This document shows positions 34,392-45,929 of a stretch of DNA of 45,929 nt, one piece after another (position 1 is the stretch's first letter; each line of letters begins with the position of its first letter). Source of the stretch: Chloroflexota bacterium (lineage in GTDB: Bacteria; Chloroflexota; Chloroflexia; QHBQ01); contig JAYUUN010000045.1 of assembly GCA_043754535.1 (NCBI GenBank), forward strand, positions 1 through 45,929, in the 5' to 3' direction. The notes beneath the pieces are model-generated. The model worked only from the letters and a program-made list of their open reading frames with translations, searched no databases and was not told where the DNA came from. The position numbers were made by a program, and so were the translations under genes.

Positions 34392-37300
34392 ATGGCTGGT
34401 AATAGAGCATTGTTCGAGACGGCCCTCAAGCGTGGTCACGACTACGCCTGGCAGAACCAGTGGGATCGTGCGCTCAAGGAGTACCAGCGGGCGATAGCTG
34501 AGTTCCCCGACGACCTCTCAGCGCGTGGTAATCTAGCCCTTGCTCACCTGCGCCTCAAGCAGTGGCCCGATGCCCTGCGCGAGTACAGTGCGCTGGCCGA
34601 GAAGCAGCCGCAGGATACCTTTGTCCAGGGCCAGTTGGCCGAGATTTATGCTGCCACTGGGCGCACCGCTGATGCCTCGCGCACCTACTTTCGGCTGGCC
34701 GACCTGTTTGAGCAGCAGAACCAGGCTGGCGAAGCGATCAAGGCTCTGCAAGAGCTAACCCGCTTGGAGCCGAAGAATAAGACCATCTATCAACGGATCG
34801 CCGAACTAAGCCGCGCTATTGGTGACACAGGCGCGATGGTCACAGCCTACCTGACCCTTGCCAACCTTGCCCTTGAGCAGAACAACATGGATGAGGCTAT
34901 CCGCCTGGCCGAAGCCGCCACCAACCTCGATCCAGAGAGTCGCGAAGCCCGCGACCTCCTGTTCCGCCTACGCCGCATTGCCACCGAGGGGCAGACCACC
35001 GCTGCTGCCTCCGCCCCGCCCGCGCCCGCGAAGGTGGTTGGCACTGAACTGAGTCAGACCCAGGTGAATGAGATGTTCGCCCTTGCCAATGGCTACCAGG
35101 AGCGCAGACAGTACGCTGCTGCCGCCCGCATCTACGAAAGCCTGGTCAACAGCGGGGTAAAGCGGCCTGACGTGGTGTTCAACCTCGGCCTGCTCTACCA
35201 GCTTGGCGGTCAGCACCAGCAGGCGGTTGACCAGTTCCAGGTGATCGCCCAGGACGAGGAATACGCCATGTCTGCCTACTACAGCATGGGCGAAAGCCAG
35301 CGGGCGTTGGGCAACCTGCCTGCCGCTGGTATTGCTTATGACAACGCTTTGCGCCTGATCAATATGCAAACCATCGGCAAGGGCGAGATCGAAGACCTGA
35401 TCCAACTCTACGAGGCCGCCGCCAGTACCTACACTGCGCTGCAAAATACCTCCCGTGCTGCTAGCCTCTACACCAGCCTGGCGGGCTTCTTGCAAAGCCG
35501 CAAGTGGAACAAGGAGCGCACCGATGAGATTCGGCGCAAGGCAGAGTCGCTGACCGAAGACTCGATGCGCGCCAAGCTGATGCGCCTCAGTGGGGCTGAG
35601 GGTGGCGTGGACCAGGACAATGCAGTGGGGCTGGTCGAGCGGTCGCCAGAGGTGTTGAGCGGTCGCCTGCGCGAGTCTGACACCCTGCGCCCGATCACTG
35701 ACTACTTGCGTGCGCCCGCCCCTGCTGAGCCAGACCCGCCGCCCGCTGCCACTCCTGCTCCCCTGCGGCGGTTGGACGAGGGCAGCCAGAGCAATGTCCA
35801 GTCGACTAGCAGGTTGGCCGAAAGTGGGCTGCCAGCAGAGACCCGTGGCGGTGCTATCCGCAGCCTACGCGCCGAAGCTGCCACCCCCCCGCCCAATCTA
35901 GAGCAGGCGATGGCGGCACGGGCCAGCCGTGAGGCCCAGAACCTCAGCCGTACTGTCAACCAGATGTTGATCGACCTGCAAGGCTACGGCGAACAGCAAG
36001 CCTACTATGCGGCAGTAGACACTGCCTTCGAGGTGATCCGTCTTGCTCCTGACTATCTGCCCATCCACCTCAAGCTGGGGGAACTTTACCTCGGCCAGGG
36101 GCGCACCGAAGATGCGCTGACCAAGTTCCAGACTACCCTCGATCTGTATCTCGTGCGCGGCGAGCCGCAGGCTGCTGCTGACATATATCAGCGCATCCTT
36201 GCCTATGATGGCAACAATCTTGGTCTGCGCGGTCGCTATGCTGCCCTGCTGGTTGACCTCAGCCGCAAGGAGGATGCGGCAGGCCAGTACATGGAGATGG
36301 CCCGCATCTACACCCAACTGGCCCAGGACGAGCGGGCTGCCGAGGAGTATCGCCGCGCCCGCCAGCTTGCGCCACAGAATGCAGCGGTGCGCCTGGCCTA
36401 CGCTGACTTCCTCTCTAGCCGTGAACGCTACAGCGAAGCGATGGGCGAACTGCGCCGCGTGCTGGAGATAGAGGCGGGCAATACGCTGGCGATGGTGCGG
36501 CTCAACACTCTGCTCACCATCCAGGGGGAGGAGACACGTTGGGATGCGCTCAACGAGGTCTTGAGCCGCAGCGAACGTAGTGCGCCCGACCATGAGGCAG
36601 CGGTGGGCGAGTATAGTCGGGCCGCTATGCGCCACTTCCTGCCCGACTTCGACTACAGTCTCGCCCTCTTGCAGCGGTCCGCGAGCCGCGACGAGGCGAT
36701 AGCCAGCCTCGAACGGGGCATCCGCCAGTTGCCGCCGCTGGGTACTACGCTGCTTGATGTGCTGATGCGTAACCTGCTTGGCGAACTCTACGTCGCTGCT
36801 GGGCGCGGGCAAGAGGCAGCCCGCAGCCTTGAGCAGGTTCGTACCCTGATTGAGGGCGACGACGCGCCCCTCTCGCCCCGACCCAACTACGCCTTCGCCC
36901 GCCTGCCCTTGCGCGCCAACGTCTACCACAGTCTCGCCGAAGCCTACTCGCTCAGCGGCGATGCGGATAGTGCGGTGGTTTACCTCGAAGAACTGAAGCG
37001 GATGCTGCCTTATGACCGCGAAGTGTACACCCGCCTCTCCGACCTCTACTTCCGCCAGGGGCAGTTGCCGAAAGCTCTGACCGCGCTCAACGAACTGGTT
37101 GAACACTACAAGGCTAGCTTCCAGACCGACAAGCAGATCGAAACCCTCTTGCAGATGACCCTGCTAGCCCCCTCCAACATCGCCATCCGCCAACGCCTGA
37201 GCGAAATCTACCTCAAGCGCGGGCTGATCGACCAGGGCTTGAACGAGCTTGATACACTGGCCGACCTGCAACAAAAGAGCGGTATGCTCAAGGATGCGGT

Positions 37301-37976
37301 GCGGAGCCTGCAACAGGCCGCCGAGATACAGTGGATGATGAGCAAGCAGCAGGCTGCCTACGACATCTATGACCGCATCACCCGCATTTCGCCGAACGAT
37401 GTGGAGGCTCGCCAGCAGTTGATCAACCTGCACATCCAGGCTGGCCGCCTGGGCGATGCGGTAAAGGAGCAGAAGGCGATTGCGCGCATCTGTATGCAGC
37501 AGGGCAACCTGCAAGAGGCCGAAGCCGCCCTGCACCAGGTGATCGGCCTCGCCCCAGAGGATACGGAGGCGTACTACGCCCTGGGCAAGCTGCTGACCGT
37601 CAAGCAGGAGTTCGGGCAGGCGGCCAAGCTGTACGCCCGCCTGACGCGCCTCAACCCTGCTGACCATCAGGTGCCGATCTTGCAAGCGGAGATGACCCGC
37701 CGCGCCGCCGAGAAACGGGCTGCCCAGGGCGGCCAACCAAAGAGTGCGCCTGCCATCCCGCCCGCAGTGGTAGCTAGCCAGCCACCTAGTGACCAGCAGG
37801 CCGAAGCAATGTCACCCGATGGGGCTAGCCCGCCTGCCCCACCGCTGGTTGAAGCAACGGCGGACGAGGCTAGCTTGCTTGCGGAGACGGCCCCGCAGGC
37901 TAGCCCATTGGCCGTGGTCGAGCCAGCCGCCGAGCCAGCCGTGGTCGGCGAAGCAAAGGAGGCTGGCGCACAGTAA
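34392..37976 (+). CDS. Large cytoplasmic tetratricopeptide repeat protein (~1194 aa)
   Basis: Many TPR-like helical repeats (A...Y..A...P), Pro/Ala-rich central and C-terminal linkers, GGAG RBS and no signal peptide. Confidence 0.85.
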   Translation: MAGNRALFETALKRGHDYAWQNQWDRALKEYQRAIAEFPDDLSARGNLALAHLRLKQWPDALREYSALAEKQPQDTFVQGQLAEIYAATGRTADASRTYFRLADLFEQQNQAGEAIKALQELTRLEPKNKTIYQRIAELSRAIGDTGAMVTAYLTLANLALEQNNMDEAIRLAEAATNLDPESREARDLLFRLRRIATEGQTTAAASAPPAPAKVVGTELSQTQVNEMFALANGYQERRQYAAAARIYESLVNSGVKRPDVVFNLGLLYQLGGQHQQAVDQFQVIAQDEEYAMSAYYSMGESQRALGNLPAAGIAYDNALRLINMQTIGKGEIEDLIQLYEAAASTYTALQNTSRAASLYTSLAGFLQSRKWNKERTDEIRRKAESLTEDSMRAKLMRLSGAEGGVDQDNAVGLVERSPEVLSGRLRESDTLRPITDYLRAPAPAEPDPPPAATPAPLRRLDEGSQSNVQSTSRLAESGLPAETRGGAIRSLRAEAATPPPNLEQAMAARASREAQNLSRTVNQMLIDLQGYGEQQAYYAAVDTAFEVIRLAPDYLPIHLKLGELYLGQGRTEDALTKFQTTLDLYLVRGEPQAAADIYQRILAYDGNNLGLRGRYAALLVDLSRKEDAAGQYMEMARIYTQLAQDERAAEEYRRARQLAPQNAAVRLAYADFLSSRERYSEAMGELRRVLEIEAGNTLAMVRLNTLLTIQGEETRWDALNEVLSRSERSAPDHEAAVGEYSRAAMRHFLPDFDYSLALLQRSASRDEAIASLERGIRQLPPLGTTLLDVLMRNLLGELYVAAGRGQEAARSLEQVRTLIEGDDAPLSPRPNYAFARLPLRANVYHSLAEAYSLSGDADSAVVYLEELKRMLPYDREVYTRLSDLYFRQGQLPKALTALNELVEHYKASFQTDKQIETLLQMTLLAPSNIAIRQRLSEIYLKRGLIDQGLNELDTLADLQQKSGMLKDAVRSLQQAAEIQWMMSKQQAAYDIYDRITRISPNDVEARQQLINLHIQAGRLGDAVKEQKAIARICMQQGNLQEAEAALHQVIGLAPEDTEAYYALGKLLTVKQEFGQAAKLYARLTRLNPADHQVPILQAEMTRRAAEKRAAQGGQPKSAPAIPPAVVASQPPSDQQAEAMSPDGASPPAPPLVEATADEASLLAETAPQASPLAVVEPAAEPAVVGEAKEAGAQ

Positions 37977-38059
37977 GGGGCGTACTTGCGCCCTCGCTTA
38001 CTTAATCTCGCTCATCACTATCATTCCCTGCTCACCCCGTCACCTGGAAGGCAACGCTG

Positions 38060-39007
38060 TTGGATACGCAGTTTGGCTGGGTACTATCACGCATCAACCT
38101 CGAAACCCTGCTGGACATCTTGCTGGTTAGTCTGGTCTTCTTCTGGCTACTGACCGCCATCCAGGGTACGCGGGCGGTGCAACTCGTGCGCGGCATCGGC
38201 GTGCTGCTCTTTGCTGCGGTGATCCTCGGCTCGGTGCTGAAGCTGACTGCTCTCAGCTGGCTAATCCGCAACTCGATCCCCGCCATGCTGGTCGCTCTAC
38301 CAGTCATCTTTCAGCCAGAGTTGCGGCGGGCCTTGGAGACGCTGGGGCGCGGCTCCGACTTCTTCAGCCGCAGCAGCCAGTTTGCCCACTCACCCACCAT
38401 CCTTGCCAGCATAGATGAGGTGGTCGCCACCGCTAGCGAACTCAGCCGCCGCCACATTGGTGCCTTGATCGTCATGGAGCGGCGTACTGGCTTGCAAGAG
38501 TATGCCAACAAGGGGACGCTGATTGATGCTCGCGTTTCGCGCCAGTTGCTTGCCAACCTGTTCTTCCCCAACTCACCCCTGCATGACGGCGCGGTGATCG
38601 TGCGTGGTGGGCGGATAGTCGCTGCTGGGGTAGTGCTGCCGCTGACCGAGAACACCTTTGGCAGCATCAAGCGCGGCACCCGCCACCGGGCCGCCATTGG
38701 GATCACCGAACACTCCGACGCTGTGGTAGTGGTTGTCTCCGAGGAAACAGGGACGATCTCGCTCGCGGTCAACAATGGTAAGCTAATCAGCAATCTTGAT
38801 GATGGGCAACTAGCGAGTATGTTGCGCGGCCTGTTCCGTCTACGTAGCAAGCGGGGTAAGCGACAAGCTGCCGCCGAACGCCGCCTCAGCACCCTCCCCC
38901 TGGATGTTCGCGACTTGGGTAAGGGCGACAGCCCAGAACTGCCGCCCCGCCTGGCCGACGCAGCGGCGAAGGGCCAAAGCGAAGCTAGCAGCAGGGCGCG
39001 GCCATGA
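38060..39007 (+). CDS. cdaA: Diadenylate cyclase CdaA
   Basis: Three N-terminal TMs, IFQPELRRALE, GALIV, SPLHDGAV (DGA) and GTRHRAA (RHR), VSEETG.IS. Confidence 0.93.
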   Translation: MDTQFGWVLSRINLETLLDILLVSLVFFWLLTAIQGTRAVQLVRGIGVLLFAAVILGSVLKLTALSWLIRNSIPAMLVALPVIFQPELRRALETLGRGSDFFSRSSQFAHSPTILASIDEVVATASELSRRHIGALIVMERRTGLQEYANKGTLIDARVSRQLLANLFFPNSPLHDGAVIVRGGRIVAAGVVLPLTENTFGSIKRGTRHRAAIGITEHSDAVVVVVSEETGTISLAVNNGKLISNLDDGQLASMLRGLFRLRSKRGKRQAAAERRLSTLPLDVRDLGKGDSPELPPRLADAAAKGQSEASSRARP

Positions 39008-40554
39008 ACCTCAACCCCCGCCGCCTGCTCAAGCGCAGTGGCAGCGACAAGACTGGCTGGCTCTTTGACGAAGGGGCGGGCCAGCCACGGGCTGCCCTGC
39101 TTGGTCTGCTGCTGCGGGCTATCTTCGCTGTGCTGCTGGGCGCAACCCTCTGGGTCTACGTCACCAGCCAGGAGAACCCAGAGACGACTAGCCCCTACCC
39201 CAACATCACCATCCAACTACGCAATGTCGCACCCAACCTGAAGGTCAACTCCAGTTCTAGCAACGCAACGATCCGAGTGAGTGCGCCGCAGTCGGTACTG
39301 AGTAAGATCACCGGCTCCGACATCCACCCTATCGTGGACATGGCCGGGCTGGGGGCTGGTACTCACACGCTGAAGGTCAACGTCGAAACTCCTCCCGGCG
39401 TGACTGTGCAGAACGTAGACCCGCTCAATGTGCAGGTGCAGGCAACATTGCAGGCCAACAAGGTGATCTCGCTGACTGCCCGCACCGAGGGGACAGCCCA
39501 GATCGGCTACAACATCCAGCCGCTTCAGGTGGAGACTAATACGGTGGCTGTCTCTGGCCCTGCCGAAGTGGTGGCCCAGATAGCGACCGCCGAAGTGGTG
39601 GTGGACGTAAACGGCAAGAGTGCGACGGTGCAGGGGCGCGTGCAGCCGACCGCCCTCGATAGCCAGGGGCGCGCAGTCAGTGGGGTCAGCTTCCAGCCGG
39701 AGGCGGTCGCCGTCACCGCCACGATCAGCCTGGGCATCAACTACAAGACGGTGCCGCTCAAGTCAGTCGTCCTCGGCGAGCCAGCCAGCGGCTACCAGGT
39801 GGATGAGATACGGATTGAGCCGAACACTGCTACCATCCTCGGTGACCCGCTGGTGATGAGCAAGATCAACTTCCTTGAAACAGAGCCGCTAGACATCACG
39901 GGCCGCGAGAGCAGCATTATCACCCAGCAACGCCTGGTGCTGACCACTGGAGTCAGCCTGCTGAACATGGAGAATAGCGTGCAGGTGGGGGTGACGATTC
40001 GGGCGGTGCAGTCTAGCCAGGACTTGCCAGTGATCCCCACCGTCACCAACCTGGTAGCTGGTTACAGCGTGCAAGTAGATACCCGCCAGATCAACCTCAA
40101 GTTGCAGGGTAGCCTGCGCTCCTTGCAAGCCCTTGACCCCTCGACGGTGCGGGCCACGCTCGACCTCAGCGGCCTGGGGGGGGGCATCCACCAGGTCAGG
40201 CCGACGATCCTGCTGCCCCCAGGCATCAACTTGCAGGCGGCCAGCCCAGAGCAGGTACAGGTGACGCTTAGCCTCCTGCCCAGCCCTACTGTCCGACCCA
40301 GCCCCAGCGTCACCCTCAGCCTGCCTTCACCCTCCGCCAGTAGCCCACCCTCAACCGCTGCCAGCAGCCCTCCCTTTGCCAGCAGCCCCCTGCCTAATAC
40401 ATCGCCTGCACCCTCCGCCAGCCCCGTGCTTAGCCCTACTGCGCCTGCCCCCAATGCCACCAGCGAACCAGCCCCAAGCCCCTCTGCCACCTTGCCGCTG
40501 CGCCCCTTCAGCGTGCCGCCTGCCAGTGCTACCGCCACCCCGCTTGTGCCTTGA
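39004..40554 (+). CDS. cdaR: CdaR/YbbR-like regulator of diadenylate cyclase with a Pro/Ser-rich tail
   Basis: TM ending LWVYV, four YbbR-like repeats (V.V.GP; DL.GL..G.H) and an ATGA overlap with cdaA. Confidence 0.85.
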   Translation: MNLNPRRLLKRSGSDKTGWLFDEGAGQPRAALLGLLLRAIFAVLLGATLWVYVTSQENPETTSPYPNITIQLRNVAPNLKVNSSSSNATIRVSAPQSVLSKITGSDIHPIVDMAGLGAGTHTLKVNVETPPGVTVQNVDPLNVQVQATLQANKVISLTARTEGTAQIGYNIQPLQVETNTVAVSGPAEVVAQIATAEVVVDVNGKSATVQGRVQPTALDSQGRAVSGVSFQPEAVAVTATISLGINYKTVPLKSVVLGEPASGYQVDEIRIEPNTATILGDPLVMSKINFLETEPLDITGRESSIITQQRLVLTTGVSLLNMENSVQVGVTIRAVQSSQDLPVIPTVTNLVAGYSVQVDTRQINLKLQGSLRSLQALDPSTVRATLDLSGLGGGIHQVRPTILLPPGINLQAASPEQVQVTLSLLPSPTVRPSPSVTLSLPSPSASSPPSTAASSPPFASSPLPNTSPAPSASPVLSPTAPAPNATSEPAPSPSATLPLRPFSVPPASATATPLVP

Positions 40555-40725
40555 GCAGAGATGTTGCGGCTGATGGCGGTGAGGAGCCAGGATTCGTTAG
40601 CCAGCCTGCGTGTTTGGTAAACTAGGACAGTTACCTTTGCCAGTGCATCGGTGTTTTGATCACAGACCCCTGACCTTGCCTGGCAAGGGGCGGAATAGCT
40701 ACTTAGAAAGCAGGAACAGAAAAAG

Positions 40726-42573
<1,848 letters not shown>

Positions 42574-42598
42574 AGACCGCACGAGGTTGGCAAACAGT

Positions 42599-42623
42599 AG
42601 GGGCGCACAGTGCGTGCGCCCCT
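42599..42623. terminator. Hairpin between convergent glmS and CDF genes
   Basis: 10-bp stem AGGGGCGCAC / GTGCGCCCCT. Confidence 0.6.
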
Positions 42624-42648
42624 GCTCTTTGCCTCTTGTTACGCGCTT

Positions 42649-43638
42649 CTAGAAGCTGCTCTCCTGGGCCTGCAAGTCCACTTCCTCCAGTTGCAGCGTG
42701 CTGTGGTCTACACCAAAGCGGTCGTGCAGCAAGGCTTGCAGGGTGCAGAGTGTATCCTGTGGGCAGCGGGTCAGCGCGTCTTCGACCAGCACGTGTGCGC
42801 TGAGGGCTTCGACCCCAGAGGTGAGCGTCCAGCAATGCAGGTCATGGACAGCGCGTACCCCTGCCACGCTGAGGATCGCAGCCTGGATTGCGGTCGTATC
42901 CAGGTGGCGGGGGGTGGCTTCCAGTAGCACATTGACCGCCTCGCGCAGCAGCCTAATCGTGCGCGGTAGGATAAAGAGAGCGATGGCTGCGCTAAACAGG
43001 GGGTCAGCATACCGCCAGCCAGTAAAGACGAGGATCAGGCCAGCCAGCAGCACAGCAGCAGAGCTAACCGCGTCGCTGACCACCTCGAAGAAGGCCGCCT
43101 TCATGTTCAGGTTGTCCCCAGCGTGGCTGTGTAGCAGGCGCACAGAGAGCAGGTTGAACAGCAGACCGACGCTGGCCGCCGCTAGCACGATACCACCTTC
43201 GACCGATGGGGGGTTCTGCCAACGTTGCCAGGCTTCGACCAGGATGTAGCTGCCAACCGCTAGCAGGAGCAAGGCGTTGAGCAGGGCGGCCAGGATTTCG
43301 CTACGATAGTGGCCGTAGCTGTGCTGCTGGTCTGCGGGGCGGCGTGCCTGCCAGCCTGCGAACAGAGCAATGCCTACCCCCACCACGTCGGTCAGCATAT
43401 GGCCTGCGTCGGCGATCAGCGCAAGGCTGCCGCTGAGCAGCCCAGCCCCAATCTCCACCACCATGAAGCAAGCACTAAGTAGCAGTACGATCACCAGCTT
43501 GCGCTGTCGCTGGTGGCTGGCTTGCCGCTGATCCACCTCCTGCCCACGCAGGTTGCAGCGATGCATGGCTACTTCAAGGGCGTGGCTGTGGCCGCCCGCT
43601 TGCTGCCCAGTCTCAATTGCTTGTACTTGATTACCCAC
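42649..43638 (-). CDS. Cation diffusion facilitator (CzcD/ZitB-like Zn/Co/Cd exporter)
   Basis: SLALIADAGHMLTD, SYGHYRSEILAA, NLNMKAAF.EV.SD, VHDLHCWTLTSG, HSTLQLE. Promoter TTGACT-17-TACAAT at 43688-43660. Confidence 0.92.
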   Translation of the reverse strand: MGNQVQAIETGQQAGGHSHALEVAMHRCNLRGQEVDQRQASHQRQRKLVIVLLLSACFMVVEIGAGLLSGSLALIADAGHMLTDVVGVGIALFAGWQARRPADQQHSYGHYRSEILAALLNALLLLAVGSYILVEAWQRWQNPPSVEGGIVLAAASVGLLFNLLSVRLLHSHAGDNLNMKAAFFEVVSDAVSSAAVLLAGLILVFTGWRYADPLFSAAIALFILPRTIRLLREAVNVLLEATPRHLDTTAIQAAILSVAGVRAVHDLHCWTLTSGVEALSAHVLVEDALTRCPQDTLCTLQALLHDRFGVDHSTLQLEEVDLQAQESSF

Positions 43639-43692
43639 TTATTGATACTCCCTGCCTCAATTGTACCAACCTGTGGCAGGATAGTCAAGCAA

Positions 43693-44652
43693 TCAGCGCA
43701 GGCCACAGCAGAAGCCGATCTCGACGTTGCCGCCGCTGATCACTGCCGCCACCCTTTTGCCGCGCAGTCCTGTCTTGCCGCTGCGGACGGCTGCCGTTGC
43801 CACCGCCCCGCTCGGCTCGGTCAGCAGGTGAACCTGGCGGGTCAGGTGCTGCATCGTCTCCACAATCTGCTCCTCGCTGACAGTGAAGATGTCATCTACA
43901 TACCGCTGGATGTGGGCGAAGTTGAGGTCGCCTATCCGCTCGGTTCGCAGACCGTCCGCCACCGTGTTGTTGCTCTCCCACTTAACGACTGCCCCCTTGT
44001 GGAACGAGTCGTATGCGTCCGCGGCGTTGCTCGGTTCGACCCCGTAAACCGCCACCTGCGGCCTGCTCAACTTGATCGCCGCTGCCACCCCAGAGAGCAA
44101 ACCACCACCGCCAACCGGTACCAGCACCGCCTCAACATCAGGCAGGTCAGCAAGGATTTCGAGGCCGATTGTTCCTTGACCAGCGATGATCTGGCGATCC
44201 TCGTAAGGAGGCACCAGGGCCATGCCTTGCTGGTCAGCGATCTGTTCGGCGATCAGGCGGCGCGCCTCATTACCTGGCACCGCGAAGATAATCTCTGCTC
44301 CCCAACTGCGCGTCCCTTCGATCTTCACCTGTGGCGCGTTGTTGGGCATCACGATGGTAGCCGGGCAACCGAGCAGGTGGGCGGCACAGGCGACGGCCTG
44401 GGCGTGGTTGCCAGAGGAGTAAGCAACCAGCCCGTGCTGGCGTTGCGCCGCACTCAGGCTGACCGCCTTGTTGTAGGCACCACGCAGCTTGAAGCTGCCA
44501 GTGCGTTGCAACGACTCGGCTTTAAGGTAAAGGGTGTTGTTGTCAGCCAGCGGGTAGGGGTAGGCAACGAGGGGGGTGCGCACGATTACTCCGCGCAGCC
44601 GCTCTTGCGCCGCTACGATCTCGGCCAGGGTAACAAGCTCATCCATAAACAT
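43693..44652 (-). CDS. PLP-dependent serine/threonine dehydratase family protein (no ACT domain)
   Basis: LKAESLQRTGSFKLRGA, SSGNHAQ, IAGQGTIGLE, PVGGGGL, EPSGA, ISGGN. Confidence 0.92.
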   Translation of the reverse strand: MFMDELVTLAEIVAAQERLRGVIVRTPLVAYPYPLADNNTLYLKAESLQRTGSFKLRGAYNKAVSLSAAQRQHGLVAYSSGNHAQAVACAAHLLGCPATIVMPNNAPQVKIEGTRSWGAEIIFAVPGNEARRLIAEQIADQQGMALVPPYEDRQIIAGQGTIGLEILADLPDVEAVLVPVGGGGLLSGVAAAIKLSRPQVAVYGVEPSNAADAYDSFHKGAVVKWESNNTVADGLRTERIGDLNFAHIQRYVDDIFTVSEEQIVETMQHLTRQVHLLTEPSGAVATAAVRSGKTGLRGKRVAAVISGGNVEIGFCCGLR

Positions 44653-44706
44653 CCTCCAGGTTTGGTTGTGAAAGCACTCCTTGTTCAGTATACGCCATAA
44701 CCAAAA

Positions 44707-44742
44707 CAGCGGCCCCCTCCCCGGCTGGGGAGAGGGCCGCTG
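44707..44742 (-). terminator. Intrinsic terminator after the SLH/DUF4397 gene
   Basis: Long GC stem CAGCGGCCC...GGGCCGCTG followed by TTTT on the minus strand. Confidence 0.7.
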
Positions 44743-44756
44743 GCTGAAATCGCTGG

Positions 44757-45929
44757 TTAGCGGCTGCTGCTAGCCGCATCGTCCACGTAGTAGACGACAG
44801 AGAGGGGGAAGGGGCCGCTTGGCTTGCCGGTAGCTACGAAGTCGTAGACCTTGCCCGCCTGGATTACGAAGTTGGGGAGGGAGACCAGCACCGTTGTAGT
44901 ACCCGCCAGGCGCGCCTCCAGGTTGTAGGTGCCAGCCGGGACAGTCAGGTAGTCGGCCTGGGTGCCGAAGGAGACATTGCCGTAGGTGACAGTGCCGTTC
45001 ACTGCGATGTCCACCGCAGGCTGTCCAGCAGCAGCGTGGATCGCCTTGAGGCGGGCGAAGCCAGCAGCGAGTGCGCTGAGGTCGTCCTGTGAGATGATCG
45101 CCTGCGAACCGCTGATGATCGTGGTGCCGCTTACGTTGTCGGCAGCGACAATCGTGATCGCCTGCCCATTGGTGAGGGCGAGGGTGGCCGAGATCGCTGC
45201 TGGGCTTGTGGTATTAGCGGCCACTACCTGGAACTGGTGGTTGCCCGCGAGGACTGGCAGGCGGGGGCTGACTGCCGCGTTGGTGCCGGTGTAGGGCAGG
45301 GCTGCGATAGTCCGCCCACCATCAACCAGCACGTCAACATTGGCCGGGGCATTGCTGCTGGCGTGGATAGCCCGCACCCGCGCCGGGGCAGGGGGAACGT
45401 CCACGATAGCGCGGCGCACGACCTTGCTTAGTTCGCCGCGACGGATGTTGTCGTTGGGGCGGAAGCATTGGCCGGTCTGCGGCAGGACGCAGGCCGCCCC
45501 GCTGATGATCCCCTCGTGGGCGAGAGTCTCAATCGCGCTGGCCCCGAAGGCACCCACTGGCACGTCGGTGAAGGTCGGGCTGGTGGGAGTGTAGGTGTTG
45601 TAGTTGCGGATGCGCTGTACGATCAGGGCAACCTGCACACGGGTGATGTTGACGTTTGGCCCGTAGCAGGTGCCAGGGGTGCCGAGGGCAGCGCACTGGG
45701 CGGCATTGAGGCCGTTGACTGCACCGGCGCGGTTGGCCGACTCGATGAAGCCGTAGAAGATGTTGCCACTTGGTACGTCGTTGAAGGTCGGCGTAATCGG
45801 GGTGAAGCTTGGCAGGCTGAAGCCGAGGACAGCGATCTTGGCAAACTCACCACGCTTGGTGCTGTCGTTGGGGCGGAACAGGCCGTTCGCGCCGTTAACG
45901 ATGTTGCGGCAAGCCAGGAACTGGATGTC
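44757..45929 (-). CDS. SLH-domain + DUF4397-like cell-surface protein, 5'-truncated by the window edge
   Basis: Frame stays open to the window end (DIQFLACRNIVNG...RGEFAK...). Three SLH repeats, then ARVRAIHAS...VDVLVDG and ARLKAIHAA...AVDI...YLTVPAGTY. Confidence 0.85.
   Translation of the reverse strand, partial: DIQFLACRNIVNGANGLFRPNDSTKRGEFAKIAVLGFSLPSFTPITPTFNDVPSGNIFYGFIESANRAGAVNGLNAAQCAALGTPGTCYGPNVNITRVQVALIVQRIRNYNTYTPTSPTFTDVPVGAFGASAIETLAHEGIISGAACVLPQTGQCFRPNDNIRRGELSKVVRRAIVDVPPAPARVRAIHASSNAPANVDVLVDGGRTIAALPYTGTNAAVSPRLPVLAGNHQFQVVAANTTSPAAISATLALTNGQAITIVAADNVSGTTIISGSQAIISQDDLSALAAGFARLKAIHAAAGQPAVDIAVNGTVTYGNVSFGTQADYLTVPAGTYNLEARLAGTTTVLVSLPNFVIQAGKVYDFVATGKPSGPFPLSVVYYVDDAASSSR

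Noticed and set aside
40555..40725. glmS ribozyme upstream of glmS
   Set aside because: The conserved core (AGCGCC...GACGAGG) is not visible in the intergenic region. An Rfam cmsearch would settle it.

Overview
GC-rich bacterial chromosomal segment, most likely from a Chloroflexota genome. The inference rests on Cys-containing SLH modules, an LPxTG-like anchor, a Gram-positive-type LexA box, an rplI-dnaB-dnaD-dnaC block and cdaA-cdaR. There are about 33 CDSs and no recognisable tRNA, rRNA, CRISPR array, IS element or prophage. In order, the window holds a 5'-truncated GH15, a secreted non-catalytic protein and a ~1835-aa secreted GH13 amylopullulanase-like protein. Next come a saccharopine/lysine dehydrogenase, a MoxR-DUF58-DUF4129 operon, a GNAT, an LPRTG-anchored 5'-nucleotidase, a small orphan gene, a cyclophilin and a BlaI/CopY regulator. 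These are followed by an HTH-DUF885-tldD-tldE operon, two DUF881 genes, a lipoprotein, an A-type Fe-S carrier, rsmG, rplI, intein-containing dnaB and DnaD/DnaC-like genes. The window ends with a large TPR protein-cdaA-cdaR-glmS run, a CDF transporter, a Ser/Thr dehydratase and a truncated SLH/DUF4397 protein. The strongest leads are (1) an uncharacterised 113-aa gene with a perfect LexA box over the start of a consensus promoter, (2) an SLH triplet inserted inside the GH13 C-domain plus three copies of an unrecognised ~210-aa domain, (3) an exact 11-bp-period TTAA (Pho-box-like) array before the nucleotidase, (4) a P-loop DnaB intein with a degenerate endonuclease and an apparently lost dnaB stop codon, and (5) a regulator-led DUF885/TldDE peptidase operon. 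All family assignments come from motif recognition, not database searches.
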